Shown here: piece by piece, positions 9,258 to 18,252 of the stretch | How the letters are laid out: every line of letters starts with the position of its first letter | Numbering within the stretch: the first letter of the stretch is position 1 | From: Bacteriovoracia bacterium | GTDB lineage: Bacteria; Bdellovibrionota; UBA1018; JBFWNL01 | Length of the DNA stretch: 51,252 nucleotides | Direction: 5' to 3' | Assembly (NCBI GenBank): GCA_050251055.1 | Contig: JBFWNL010000015.1 | Span: 1 to 51,252, forward strand | Made by a program: the position numbers and the translations under genes | The notes under the pieces: generated by a model | Told to the model about the DNA's origin: nothing | Database searches by the model: none | The model's input: the letters and a program-made list of their open reading frames with translations, nothing else

Positions 9258-10196
9258 ATGATCATCGACTCGCTCAACCTCAATCACATTCGCGTTTTCG
9301 AGTGCGTCTATCGCAGCGGCAGCATGACCACCGCCGCCAAGGAAATGCATCTGACCCAGTCCGGAGTCAGTCAGCACATGAAGTCCCTTGAAGACGTCAT
9401 TGGCATCAAGCTCTTCGACCGCGTGAACCAGCGTCTGGTGCCCACGGCCCAGGGCCGTTCGCTCTTTGAATACTGCACGCGCGGGTTGCAGGAAATCGAA
9501 TCTGCCCTCGTCATGCTGAAGCAGACCGGCGGAAACCTCGTCGGCAACGTCCGCATCGGCATGCCCATCGAATTCGGCAACAACGTCGTGGTTCCGCACC
9601 TGGGCACGTTTTCCAAGAAGCACCCGATGGTCAGCTTTCAGATCGTGCTCGATTTCGCTAGCGTGATGAACGATCTGCTTTTGAAGGGTGATTTGGATTT
9701 CGCGTTCGTCGACGACTTCCCGATGGATCGCCGCGTGAAGACCGAGGAAGTTTACGATGAGGTGCTCGATCTTTGTATCTCGCCGGAACTTTTGAAGCGC
9801 TTCGGGCCTCCGAAGCACGACCGCAAGTATTATGAGTCGCTGGAGTACGTCGATTACCAAAGCGGCGAGCCGATCCTGCGCAAATGGTTCGCGCATCACC
9901 TGGGTCATCGTCACGTGCACCTCTCCACGCGCGCGACGGTGATGGACGTGCAGGCCATCGCCCGTTTGATTTCAAGCGGCGTGGGCGCCGGCGTGCTGCC
10001 GCACCACTTAGTCGCCAAGATGGTGAAGGAAGGCGTGAAGCTGTACCGGTTCCGCGGCTGCGGCAAGCCGATGAAGAACACCATTTCTCTTGCTTACATG
10101 AAGGATCGCACGCATTCGCCGGCCGCCCAGGAAGCGATCCTCCTCGTGAAGAAGGCGGTGGAGCAGGCAGGGCGAGCGGGCAGCAAACTCGCTTAG
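9258..10196 (+). CDS. LysR-family transcriptional regulator
   Basis: N-terminal wHTH GSMTTAAKEMHLTQSGVSQHMKSLE...LFDR, followed by a substrate-binding domain. Confidence 0.95.
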   Translation: MIIDSLNLNHIRVFECVYRSGSMTTAAKEMHLTQSGVSQHMKSLEDVIGIKLFDRVNQRLVPTAQGRSLFEYCTRGLQEIESALVMLKQTGGNLVGNVRIGMPIEFGNNVVVPHLGTFSKKHPMVSFQIVLDFASVMNDLLLKGDLDFAFVDDFPMDRRVKTEEVYDEVLDLCISPELLKRFGPPKHDRKYYESLEYVDYQSGEPILRKWFAHHLGHRHVHLSTRATVMDVQAIARLISSGVGAGVLPHHLVAKMVKEGVKLYRFRGCGKPMKNTISLAYMKDRTHSPAAQEAILLVKKAVEQAGRAGSKLA

Positions 10197-10212
10197 ACCG
10201 TGATGCCGTTCG

Positions 10213-11292
10213 TCAGGCCGGGGCGTCGTGGTCGGCCAGCCACTTCAAGATGTCCGGATAAACCTCATCCTTCGCGCGTTTACCGATGATCAGGTCAAAG
10301 TGTCCGTAGTGATCCGGCTCGCCGTTCTCAATTCCGTAACATTTATACTGCTTGTCCGGCGAAGCGACGTGCTCGAATCCGAGCTTCACGGCGTCGGCCG
10401 GGCACTGGCGGTCTTCGTCGCCCGCGAGCGCAAACACGGGCAGTTTCGATTGCGGAACGCCGTCGATGTACCGGACTTTTCCGTCCGCCGATTTGAACCC
10501 GCCCCCTTCGAAGAGCGAGGCCATTTGGATCAGCACGCCGGAAGAGACTGGGTGGAAATTGTTGGCTTGGAGGATGCGCGCCGGCCGGTCCGGGGTATTG
10601 CTCTGCCAGTAATTGAAGGCTTCGAGCGAGTTCTTGAACCGCTGGGTGAACGGCGCCGTCAGGTTGGTCAGCCAGTGGATCGGACCGGCGGGGACCCAGC
10701 GCGCGCCGGCCTTGAGTTTGGCGAACATGTGGTATTGGCTCTTGGAGGCGCTGTAGTCGATGCTGCCGGCGATGCAGATTCCGGAGCGCAGCTTCGCGTC
10801 CTCCCGGCGGGCCATCATCGCGTAAAGCAGCAGGCCGCCCAGGCTGTGGCCGATCCAATGCACCCGCGGCTGGCCGGTTTTTTCCAAGATGTGCTGGATG
10901 GCGAGCGGAATCTCGCCCGTGAAATAGTCGTCGACCGTCCAGCCGAAATGGCGCCCGGCGAACATATTCGCCCGGTCGCTCTTACCGTGGCCGCGCAGCT
11001 CCAGGCACCAGACGTCGTAGCCCTGCGCCGCCAACGCGCGCGCGAGCGAATACTCTTCCGTCAGATCAAAAGTAGTGCGGTTGGCGGCTAGTCCGTGCGC
11101 GAGCAGGATCGGGTGGTTGCGCTTCGGGCCCTGGGGGAGCCAGCGCGAAAGCGCGATGCGCCAGTTCGGGTCGAGTCGCACGTAATGGGTTTCATCGGAT
11201 CCGTCCTCGAAAGAATACATGGCCTTCACGAGCTGGGCCCAGACAATGAATACGCAGATCCAAAACAGCAGATGGATGAAAGTAAAGGCCAT
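10213..11292 (-). CDS. Alpha/beta-fold hydrolase (lipase/PHA-synthase-like) with N-terminal TM helix
   Basis: HGLAAN oxyanion motif, GHSLGG nucleophile elbow, GDEDRQCP (Asp), YGHFDL (His). Start placed at ATG 11292 after GGAG/GAGG. Confidence 0.88.
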   Translation of the reverse strand: MAFTFIHLLFWICVFIVWAQLVKAMYSFEDGSDETHYVRLDPNWRIALSRWLPQGPKRNHPILLAHGLAANRTTFDLTEEYSLARALAAQGYDVWCLELRGHGKSDRANMFAGRHFGWTVDDYFTGEIPLAIQHILEKTGQPRVHWIGHSLGGLLLYAMMARREDAKLRSGICIAGSIDYSASKSQYHMFAKLKAGARWVPAGPIHWLTNLTAPFTQRFKNSLEAFNYWQSNTPDRPARILQANNFHPVSSGVLIQMASLFEGGGFKSADGKVRYIDGVPQSKLPVFALAGDEDRQCPADAVKLGFEHVASPDKQYKCYGIENGEPDHYGHFDLIIGKRAKDEVYPDILKWLADHDAPA

Positions 11293-11299
11293 GGTTACC

Positions 11300-12118
11300 T
11301 CAGGTCTCCGAAGGCTCGGGAAGCCCAAAAAACCGGCGGGCGTTGGCGGTGGTCACGCGTGCCACCTCGGCTACGGGAACGCCTTTCACTTCGGCCAGCT
11401 TCTCGGCCGTCATGCGGACCATCGCGGGCTCGCATTTCTTCCCTCGGAATGGAATGGGAGCCAAAAAAGGCGAGTCCGTTTCAACCATCAGGCTCTCGAG
11501 CGGAAACTTACGGGCGGCCGCGCGCAGCGGTTCCGAGTTTTTGAACGTCAAGATGCCCGAAAAGGAAATCAGGAAGCCCAGGTCGATGCAGGCCAGGCCG
11601 AACTCCTCGGTGCCCGTGAAGCAGTGGATGGCACCGGGCGGGCGTGACCCCAGGCTCGCCCGGGCCGCTTGGGCGTAGCGCGTGAGCGCGGGCAAGAGGT
11701 CGGCCTCGGCGTCGCGGGCGTGTACGACGATGGGCAGTTTCACCCGCAGCGCGAGATCCAGCTGCGCGTTCAGGCTTTTGATCTGCGGCTCGCGTGGCGA
11801 GTGATCATAGTAATAATCCAAGCCAATCTCGCCGATGGCGCGGCACTTGGGGTGGCGCGCGGCGGCTTCGAGGGTCGCGATATCTGCGTCGGTGACATCT
11901 TTCGCTTCGTGGGGATGGATGCCGACGGTGTGGTAGACGTTCGGGAAAGCCTCGGAAATCTTCACCATCTCCGCGAGCCGCGGCATCTCGGTGCCGATGG
12001 TGACGAGGTGGGTGATGCCCGCCGCATGCGCTTCCCGGACTAGATCGCCCGCGGATTTCGGGGCGTAGTCGTAATCGAGGTGGCAGTGGCTGTCGATGAA
12101 CTCCATGGGCAACTCCAT
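11300..12118 (-). CDS. tatD: TatD-family DNase
   Basis: IDSHCHLD, VGIHPH, AIGEIGLDYYY, VHARDA, IHCFTG, VETDSPFLAP. Confidence 0.95.
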   Translation of the reverse strand: MELPMEFIDSHCHLDYDYAPKSAGDLVREAHAAGITHLVTIGTEMPRLAEMVKISEAFPNVYHTVGIHPHEAKDVTDADIATLEAAARHPKCRAIGEIGLDYYYDHSPREPQIKSLNAQLDLALRVKLPIVVHARDAEADLLPALTRYAQAARASLGSRPPGAIHCFTGTEEFGLACIDLGFLISFSGILTFKNSEPLRAAARKFPLESLMVETDSPFLAPIPFRGKKCEPAMVRMTAEKLAEVKGVPVAEVARVTTANARRFFGLPEPSET

Positions 12119-12134
12119 GCGCTTCCCCGCGCGG

Positions 12135-13289
12135 CTACTTCGCCGCCAGCAGGCGATTCACGAGTTTCACCCAGCCGTCGAGCGGGAGCATCTGGTTCAG
12201 CCGTTTGCCGTTCACGAAGAACGTAGGCGTGCCCTGCAGCTTGAGCACCTCGCCTTCGTCCACGTCGCGGGCGATGGCGGCCTGCACTTCCGGCGAATCC
12301 AGGCAGATCTTGAACTTCGCCATGTCGAGCTGGGCTTTTTCGGCGATCTCCATGAGCATCGCGTCCGAGAGTTTTTCCTGTTGGTCGTAAATCGACGTGT
12401 ACATCTCGTCGAATTTGCCCTGCTGGCTCCCGCAAAGGGCGACCTTCGCCGCCCGGCATGCCACCGGGTGCATGGCTGATTGCACGAGCCGGTTGCACGC
12501 GGAATCGAGCGGGAAGTTGCGGGAAACGAGCCGGATCTTGCCGGGAAACTGCTTCAGCAAAGGATGCACGATGTTTGCGCCCACCTTGCACGAAGGGCAT
12601 TGGTAATCGGCGAATTTTACGATTGTCACCGGCGCGTCCTTGGGGCCGATCGAGGGATATTGGTCCGAGTCGGAGATGGAAAGCGTCGGTCCCGCCATGA
12701 ACGAATCGAGTACCGGATCGAGTTCGTTATTGAAGATGGAGCGGACGTCCATCGCTCGTGCGCTCATCATCGCGAGCACCAAGATCACGGCGGTCGAAGT
12801 TCCGAGCGTACGCCACTTCGCCCATTCGAGCGGATGCTTCGCGGTCCCTTCGGGCTTGAGGCTCATCACGAGCCCGAAGCTCGCCAGGTTCACCGCGTCC
12901 ACGACCAGGCAGAGCAGGCAGAGGTGGCCGATCTTGCTGACCATGATGAAAAGGTAGATCGACGAAACGACGAGTCCAAACCCCGTCATCGCGGCCAAGA
13001 TGCGCAGGCATTCGCGGCGCCAAAACGCGTTACGGGCCACGGCGGCGGCGACCAGCATCGAGAGGAACCAGCCGGCGGCGAAGGCCGCGATCGGGAATCC
13101 CGGCAGGAGCTCGGCGTAGGGGCTGCCTTCCACGGCCGTGCAGCTGAAGGTCTGCCCGATGTCGCAGAACGTGGAGGTACCGCCGGCGCCGTTCCTAAGC
13201 TGGAAGAAGTGGAAGGTTTGGTAAAACGATACGCCCAAGCCAAGCGCGAAGAGCGCGATTAGGACGACCAGACGCCGGGGTGATTTCAT
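12135..13289 (-). CDS. VKOR-DsbA/thioredoxin fusion (disulfide bond formation)
   Basis: VKOR loop cysteines (FCDIGQTFSCTAV) and CLLC redox motif; C-terminal DsbA-like domain GPKDAPVTIVKFADYQCPSC...GTPTFFVNG. Start ATG 13289 after GAGGAGG. Confidence 0.9.
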   Translation of the reverse strand: MKSPRRLVVLIALFALGLGVSFYQTFHFFQLRNGAGGTSTFCDIGQTFSCTAVEGSPYAELLPGFPIAAFAAGWFLSMLVAAAVARNAFWRRECLRILAAMTGFGLVVSSIYLFIMVSKIGHLCLLCLVVDAVNLASFGLVMSLKPEGTAKHPLEWAKWRTLGTSTAVILVLAMMSARAMDVRSIFNNELDPVLDSFMAGPTLSISDSDQYPSIGPKDAPVTIVKFADYQCPSCKVGANIVHPLLKQFPGKIRLVSRNFPLDSACNRLVQSAMHPVACRAAKVALCGSQQGKFDEMYTSIYDQQEKLSDAMLMEIAEKAQLDMAKFKICLDSPEVQAAIARDVDEGEVLKLQGTPTFFVNGKRLNQMLPLDGWVKLVNRLLAAK

Positions 13290-13302
13290 TTCAGAGTCCT
13301 CC

Positions 13303-14097
13303 TCACAATCCACCTCTTTGTCCCGCCATGTAGACGAGATAGCCCGCGAACGCGAGCAGCAAGATACCGCTGAGTTTTTTGATGTGATTCATCCAGTTGC
13401 CAGAGCGGGGAAGCATTTTCAGGGCTCCCGCGAAGGTGGCGATCAGGATGAGGATCGTGCCCAGCCCCAAGGAAAACGCGATCATCATGAAAAACCCCAT
13501 CCCGATGGATTGGGTCTTCGCAATGTAAGCGAGCACGGCCGTGAGCACGGGCGTGGTGCACGGAGCGGCGATGAAGCCCGAAGACGCGCCGAGCGCGAAA
13601 GCCCCAAGAAGCGTGGTTTTCTGTTCTCCGGACTGGTGCGCCGCCGCCGAGGTTTTGCCCCCGCCGAACTTCCGCTTGAATGATTCCCATAAGCGCTGCG
13701 GATCGAATTGGATCACGTCCATCATCATTAAAGCCGCTAGCGCCATGACGATGCCTAAGCCCAGATACCAGCCGGAAGTGTTGGTGATGGAACCGAAGAC
13801 TTTGCCGGTGAGGCCCGCCGCCACACCCATGAACGCATAGACCACGGCCATGCCGGAGATATAGACCAATATATTGATGCCGAATTCGCGCCACCGGCGG
13901 CGGCCCGTCGCTTGCCTGCCCATGCCTCCCACGACGCTGACCGTGATGGGGATCATGGGATAGATGCAAGGGGTGAGGCTCGCCAAGATGCCGCCGAGAT
14001 AGCAAATCGCCAGGGCCGTCACCCACTGGGCGGCGGAAAGGTCGGCGCCGGATTGGCCGGAGAGCATTTGGCTGAGAAAATCGGTGATCGATTCCAT
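13303..14097 (-). CDS. ccdA: CcdA/DsbD transmembrane domain protein (cytochrome c biogenesis / thiol reduction)
   Basis: SLTPCIYPMIP and AAPCTTPVL redox-Cys motifs, LPRSGNWM, about 6 TM helices. Confidence 0.88.
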   Translation of the reverse strand: MESITDFLSQMLSGQSGADLSAAQWVTALAICYLGGILASLTPCIYPMIPITVSVVGGMGRQATGRRRWREFGINILVYISGMAVVYAFMGVAAGLTGKVFGSITNTSGWYLGLGIVMALAALMMMDVIQFDPQRLWESFKRKFGGGKTSAAAHQSGEQKTTLLGAFALGASSGFIAAPCTTPVLTAVLAYIAKTQSIGMGFFMMIAFSLGLGTILILIATFAGALKMLPRSGNWMNHIKKLSGILLLAFAGYLVYMAGQRGGL

Positions 14098-14165
14098 GGT
14101 TGTTGTTAGCGATTATGCTTCTATTTTCAATAGCATGACACAACTGGCTTTGTTAGAGAAGACGC

Positions 14166-15737
14166 ATGGAATGGCGCGAAAAGCTTTTTCAAAACAGCCT
14201 CGTGACCGCGGCGCTGGTGATCGCGTTGGGTGTCGCCCTCCTGGTAACCGGCTGTGAGAGGTCGCGTCCTGCCTCCCCTACGACCCTTCGGGTGCAGCTT
14301 TCGTCCGAAGCGGTGAGCTTGGATCCGTCCTTGGCGGAAGATGGCCTCTCTCTCAAAATCATCTCCAATATCATGGATGGTTTGGTCGGGTATGATGGCG
14401 CCGGCAAGCTCGTCCCTCGCCTAGCCGAATCCTATGACGTGTTGGAAGGGGGGCGCCGTTTTGTGTTCACGCTCAGAAAGGGCGCCGCTTGGTCCGATGG
14501 CGTCGCGGTAAAGGCGGACGATTTCGTCACCGCCTTCCGTCGCGCTTTGTCTCCCGGCGTCGCTTCGAAGCTCGCCGAGATGTTGCGACCCATCCGGTGG
14601 GCGGGAGATTTCCGTGCCGGTGAGTCGCGCCGGCTCGGGGTTTCCGCGACCCCGGATGGAAAGTTCGTGATTGAGCTGGAGAAGCCCGCGCCGTATTTCC
14701 TCCAGGCGCTTACGCTCCCCGTGGCGATGCCGCTTCGTCAAGATGTGCTGGACGCTCATCAGGGCCGGTGGCCGGAGCTTGCCCCCACGACGGGACCTTA
14801 CCGGCTGGCCGAGCATAAGATCGACCAAAAGTACGTTTTACGCGCGAACGAGAAGTCGGTGCGGTCGCCCGCGATCGCGGAAGTGGAACTCTTGATCATC
14901 CAGGATGAGTCGACCGCCTCGAGCTTGTTCGAGAAAGGTCGCCTCGACGTGCTTACCCGCGTGCCGGCGCTGGATTTTGCGCGATTTCAAAGAACCGGCG
15001 TCGTCCGGGTCGAGCCGTTTTACGCGACTTATTATGTGGCTTTCGACACTCGCCGCGCGCCGTTCAATCAAACCGCGTGGCGCCAAGCCGTCGCGGCTTC
15101 GCTCCGTAGGCGCGAGATCACGAATGCGCTTGATACGGGCGAGTACCCGGCCACGAGCTGGATTCCGCCCGGTTTGGAAGGGCATGTGCCGTTCGATCCC
15201 GAGTTCAGCGCCGCGGGGTGGGAAAAGGCGGTCGCGAAGGTGAAGGCGGAGGCGGCGAAGCGAACGGTACCGGTGAAGGCCGCATTTGATTCCGGCACGC
15301 GCAACTCGCTAGTGATGGAAAAGGTCCAGCAGGATCTGGAGCGCGCGCTCGGACTGAAGGTCCAGCTGATGAATTTGGATTGGAAAACCTACGTGAAGAC
15401 CATCCGCACCGACCCGCCCGAGATCTTTCGTTTCGGCTGGCTAGCCCCCTTTGCCGATCCGATCTCGCACCTGCAGGCGCTGACTTCGGGCAACGCGAAC
15501 AACCTCACGGGCTGGTCGAACGACGAGTACAATCGGCTGGTCGCCGAGGTGGCGGCGATGGAACCGGGCCCGAAGCGCCTAGCGAAGGTTTTGGCCGCGC
15601 AGCGGATCTTAGTGGAGCAGCAAGCGGTGGTCGTACCGATTTATCACTACATTCAGGCTCACGGAGTCAGTAAGCGCGTGAAGGGGTTTCGCGCCAATCC
15701 GTTCGGCGTGGTGCAGTTTCAGGAGTTGAGCTGGTAA
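14166..15737 (+). CDS. Peptide ABC transporter substrate-binding lipoprotein (OppA family), orphan
   Basis: Lipobox LLVTGC, SLDP, PRLAESY, FTLRKGAAWSDG, TGPYRL, GWLAPFADP. No permease or ATPase adjacent. Confidence 0.9.
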   Translation: MEWREKLFQNSLVTAALVIALGVALLVTGCERSRPASPTTLRVQLSSEAVSLDPSLAEDGLSLKIISNIMDGLVGYDGAGKLVPRLAESYDVLEGGRRFVFTLRKGAAWSDGVAVKADDFVTAFRRALSPGVASKLAEMLRPIRWAGDFRAGESRRLGVSATPDGKFVIELEKPAPYFLQALTLPVAMPLRQDVLDAHQGRWPELAPTTGPYRLAEHKIDQKYVLRANEKSVRSPAIAEVELLIIQDESTASSLFEKGRLDVLTRVPALDFARFQRTGVVRVEPFYATYYVAFDTRRAPFNQTAWRQAVAASLRRREITNALDTGEYPATSWIPPGLEGHVPFDPEFSAAGWEKAVAKVKAEAAKRTVPVKAAFDSGTRNSLVMEKVQQDLERALGLKVQLMNLDWKTYVKTIRTDPPEIFRFGWLAPFADPISHLQALTSGNANNLTGWSNDEYNRLVAEVAAMEPGPKRLAKVLAAQRILVEQQAVVVPIYHYIQAHGVSKRVKGFRANPFGVVQFQELSW

Positions 15738-15755
15738 AGCGGGCCTAGACGCGGA

Positions 15756-16118
15756 TTAGGCGTAGACCTTTTCACGATGCTCCTGCTTCTCTTTGCAGGC
15801 GATGCACATCGTGGACACCGGGCGCGCTTCCAAGCGGCGCATCTCGATGTCTTCTTCGCACTCTTCGCAGGTGCCGAAGCTGCCTTCATCCATGCGGGCG
15901 AGCGCTTCGTCGATCTTCACGAGCAGCTGGCGCTCGCGATCGCGAAGTTTGAAAACCAGGTTCTGGTTGATTTCGACCGCGGCGAGATCGGACTCGTCCG
16001 GCAGATCGTCGGAAGAAATATTCAGCTCGTTATTGAGCGTGTTTTTGCTGTTATTGAGAATCCGTTGCTTCTCATCCAGAAGAAGCTTTTTGAATTTGGT
16101 AACGGTCTTCTTGTCCAT
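15756..16118 (-). CDS. dksA: RNA polymerase-binding transcription factor DksA
   Basis: Coiled-coil tip PDESDLA (DxxDxA), RDRERQLLVKIDEALARM, C4 zinc finger CEEC-x17-CIAC; G-rich SD upstream of ATG 16118. Confidence 0.92.
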   Translation of the reverse strand: MDKKTVTKFKKLLLDEKQRILNNSKNTLNNELNISSDDLPDESDLAAVEINQNLVFKLRDRERQLLVKIDEALARMDEGSFGTCEECEEDIEMRRLEARPVSTMCIACKEKQEHREKVYA

Positions 16119-16204
16119 TCTCTCTATCCCCCCTCCGTAGCCTTCCATTCGTGGGCAGCTTGCGGATCTGCTTATTCTACCCTTTCTCTATGGAATTAAA
16201 AGGG

Positions 16205-16234
16205 AGAATAATAAGACTCTCTAAGATGGGTCAA
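16205..16234 (-). promoter_or_regulatory. Putative sigma70 promoter of dksA
   Basis: TTGACC-N18-TATTCT on the minus strand, preceded by an A-tract. Confidence 0.5.
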
Positions 16235-16360
16235 TTTTTTTGATTGAAGAAATCGATATTTTTCCGACGGTCCGTTTCAAAAAATCCTAAAAAATTCGAA
16301 GTAAGAGTGCGTCAAAAAAGGCACATCGCTCGAGGGAAATTTGCGAGGACCGCGGGCCGT

Positions 16361-16600
16361 AAAAAAGAAAACCGCCCGGTCGCTTGAGTCTGTGCATCGG
16401 CGTTTCGTTCGTTAAATCGGTTCGGGGGCCTATTACGAACGACTAAACCTAGATGCGGGGGCAGCTCAATTGCCTACCGGGCGGCTCTTTCTAGACAAAC
16501 TTTTTTTCTAAACTCTCTGTCCCTACAAGAATCAGTCTGCCGGAAGCGGGATTTCTTCTCAATGACTACCCCCCGTTCGAGGTTCATTAGTGTGTGCTGC
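16361..16600 (-). ncRNA. Candidate structured sRNA (5' hairpin plus ~120-nt bulged rod ending in a U-tract)
   Basis: Nested complementary blocks CCGCCCGGT/ACCGGGCGG, TTGAG/CTCAA, GCATC/GATGC and TCGTTCGT/ACGAACGA, followed on the minus strand by TTTTCTTTTTT. Upstream hairpin AATGA..TCATT at 16561-16588. The 5' end is approximate. Confidence 0.55.
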
Positions 16601-16731
16601 TGTATACTAAATTCGTGTCGGAAATGACTCAGTGAGATGCCGAGGTAGAGGGAATTAAAGGGATTTTTACTCTCTTCGCCGGGTTTCTAAGCTTGCGTGC
16701 TCGCCTGCGTTCTTGTAACCCATATACCCGA

Positions 16732-18246
16732 ATGAGCCCATCGTTAGGTTTTGGTGTCCTGATTTTAGCGGGAGGTCAGGGTACGCGCATGAAGTCGCCG
16801 CTGCCCAAGGTCCTGACCGAAGTGTCGGGCCAGCCGATCCTCTTTCATACTCTGGATAAGGTGCTGCGGGCGGCGCCCGATGCGACCATCGGTATCATCG
16901 TCGGCTATGCACGTGAGAAGGTCGAGGCCGCAGTGAGAGCCCATCCGGTTTACGGCCGCGCCAACATCACCTTCATTGTCCAGCAAACGCAGAAAGGCAC
17001 CGGCCACGCTGCTCGATGCGGTATGGAGTCGGCGTGGGGCCAGGCGCTCGTGAAGAAGAAGCGTCCCGTGCTGGTCCTGCCGGGTGATTTTCCGTTGCTG
17101 CGCACGGAGCTCATCACCCAGATGATGGAGCCTCTGCCGACCGCGGTTTCCGTGCGGCTCCTGACTACGCATCTCGCCGATCCGACGAGTTACGGGCGGG
17201 TCGTTCGTCGCGGGAAGGAAGGCCCCGTCCTGCGCATCGTGGAAGAAAAAGACGCGAACCAGCGCGAGAAGGAAATCCACGAGGTCGCGACCTCGATCTA
17301 TTCGTTCCAGTCGGCGTTCCTCACTTCGGCGCTCGATCGCATCTCGGATAAGAACGCGCAGAAAGAATATTACCTCACCGACGTCGTCGCCCAGGCGGCG
17401 CGGACCTCGAGTTCCAAGAAACGCATTGATGTATTGAAGTGGTTGCAATCCGAAGACCTCATCGGCGTGAATAACCCCTGGGAGCTGACCCAAGCGGAAG
17501 CCATCTTGAATCAGCGTGGCTTGAAAGATTGGGCAATGCAGGGCGTGCGATTTCTTAGCCCCTCGACGACCTTCGTGAACACCTCCGTGCGCCTCAGCCC
17601 GGGCGTGAGCATCGGCCCCGGCGTGGTGCTTTGCGGGCAGACCACCGTGGGCGAAGGCACGACGATCGGTCCGCACTGCGTGCTGAAAGACGTGGAAATT
17701 GGCGCGGGCGCTGAGATCAAGGCCGGGACCGTCGCGGAAAAATCCCGGATCGGCGATAAAGCCAGCGTCGGCCCTTATGCGCACCTGCGGCCGGACTCGG
17801 AGGTGGGCGCCAGCTGCAAGATCGGCAATTTCGTGGAGCTGAAAAAAACGCGCGTGGGCGCGAAGACGAACATCGCGCACCTTTCTTACCTCGGCGACGC
17901 CGAAGTGGGCTCGGGCGTCAACATTGGCTGCGGCTTCATCACGTGCAATTTCGATGGACGCGTGATCGACGGGAGCCGCAAGCACAAGACCATTATCGAG
18001 GACGACGTTTTCATGGGCAGTGATTGCCAGGTCGTGGCTCCGCGGCGGATTGGGCGAGGGGCTTACGTGGCTTCCGGCTCGACGATCACCAAGGACGTGG
18101 CGGCCGACGAGCTGGCGTTCGCGCGCGCGCGGCAGGTGAACAAGGCGGGATACGCGAAGCGTTTCCGGGACGCGCCCGCGGCGGAGCATTCCGAGGCGCC
18201 GGCGGTTTCCCCCGTGGCCCCGCCGGTGCCTGGGGTAAAGGAGTAG
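16732..18246 (+). CDS. glmU: Bifunctional UDP-GlcNAc pyrophosphorylase / glucosamine-1-phosphate N-acetyltransferase
   Basis: ILAGGQGTRMKSPLPKVL, GTGHA, YGRVVR, EYYLTD, hexapeptide repeats, IGNFVELK, HLSYLGDA. Start ATG 16732. Confidence 0.96.
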   Translation: MSPSLGFGVLILAGGQGTRMKSPLPKVLTEVSGQPILFHTLDKVLRAAPDATIGIIVGYAREKVEAAVRAHPVYGRANITFIVQQTQKGTGHAARCGMESAWGQALVKKKRPVLVLPGDFPLLRTELITQMMEPLPTAVSVRLLTTHLADPTSYGRVVRRGKEGPVLRIVEEKDANQREKEIHEVATSIYSFQSAFLTSALDRISDKNAQKEYYLTDVVAQAARTSSSKKRIDVLKWLQSEDLIGVNNPWELTQAEAILNQRGLKDWAMQGVRFLSPSTTFVNTSVRLSPGVSIGPGVVLCGQTTVGEGTTIGPHCVLKDVEIGAGAEIKAGTVAEKSRIGDKASVGPYAHLRPDSEVGASCKIGNFVELKKTRVGAKTNIAHLSYLGDAEVGSGVNIGCGFITCNFDGRVIDGSRKHKTIIEDDVFMGSDCQVVAPRRIGRGAYVASGSTITKDVAADELAFARARQVNKAGYAKRFRDAPAAEHSEAPAVSPVAPPVPGVKE

Positions 18247-18252
18247 GCTGAG

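Noticed and set aside
16361-16490. Rod-shaped RNA as retron msr/msd or SRP RNA
   Set aside because: No reverse transcriptase in the window and no SRP domain IV motif.
16474-16587. 37-codon minus-strand ORF (MNLERGVVIEKKSRF...) inside the candidate sRNA
   Set aside because: No SD, atypical codon usage, and it overlaps predicted RNA structure. It cannot be supported without ribosome profiling.
16149-18252. glmS ribozyme
   Set aside because: glmS starts 6 nt after glmU, and the structured element upstream of glmU is oriented toward dksA and lacks recognisable ribozyme core motifs.
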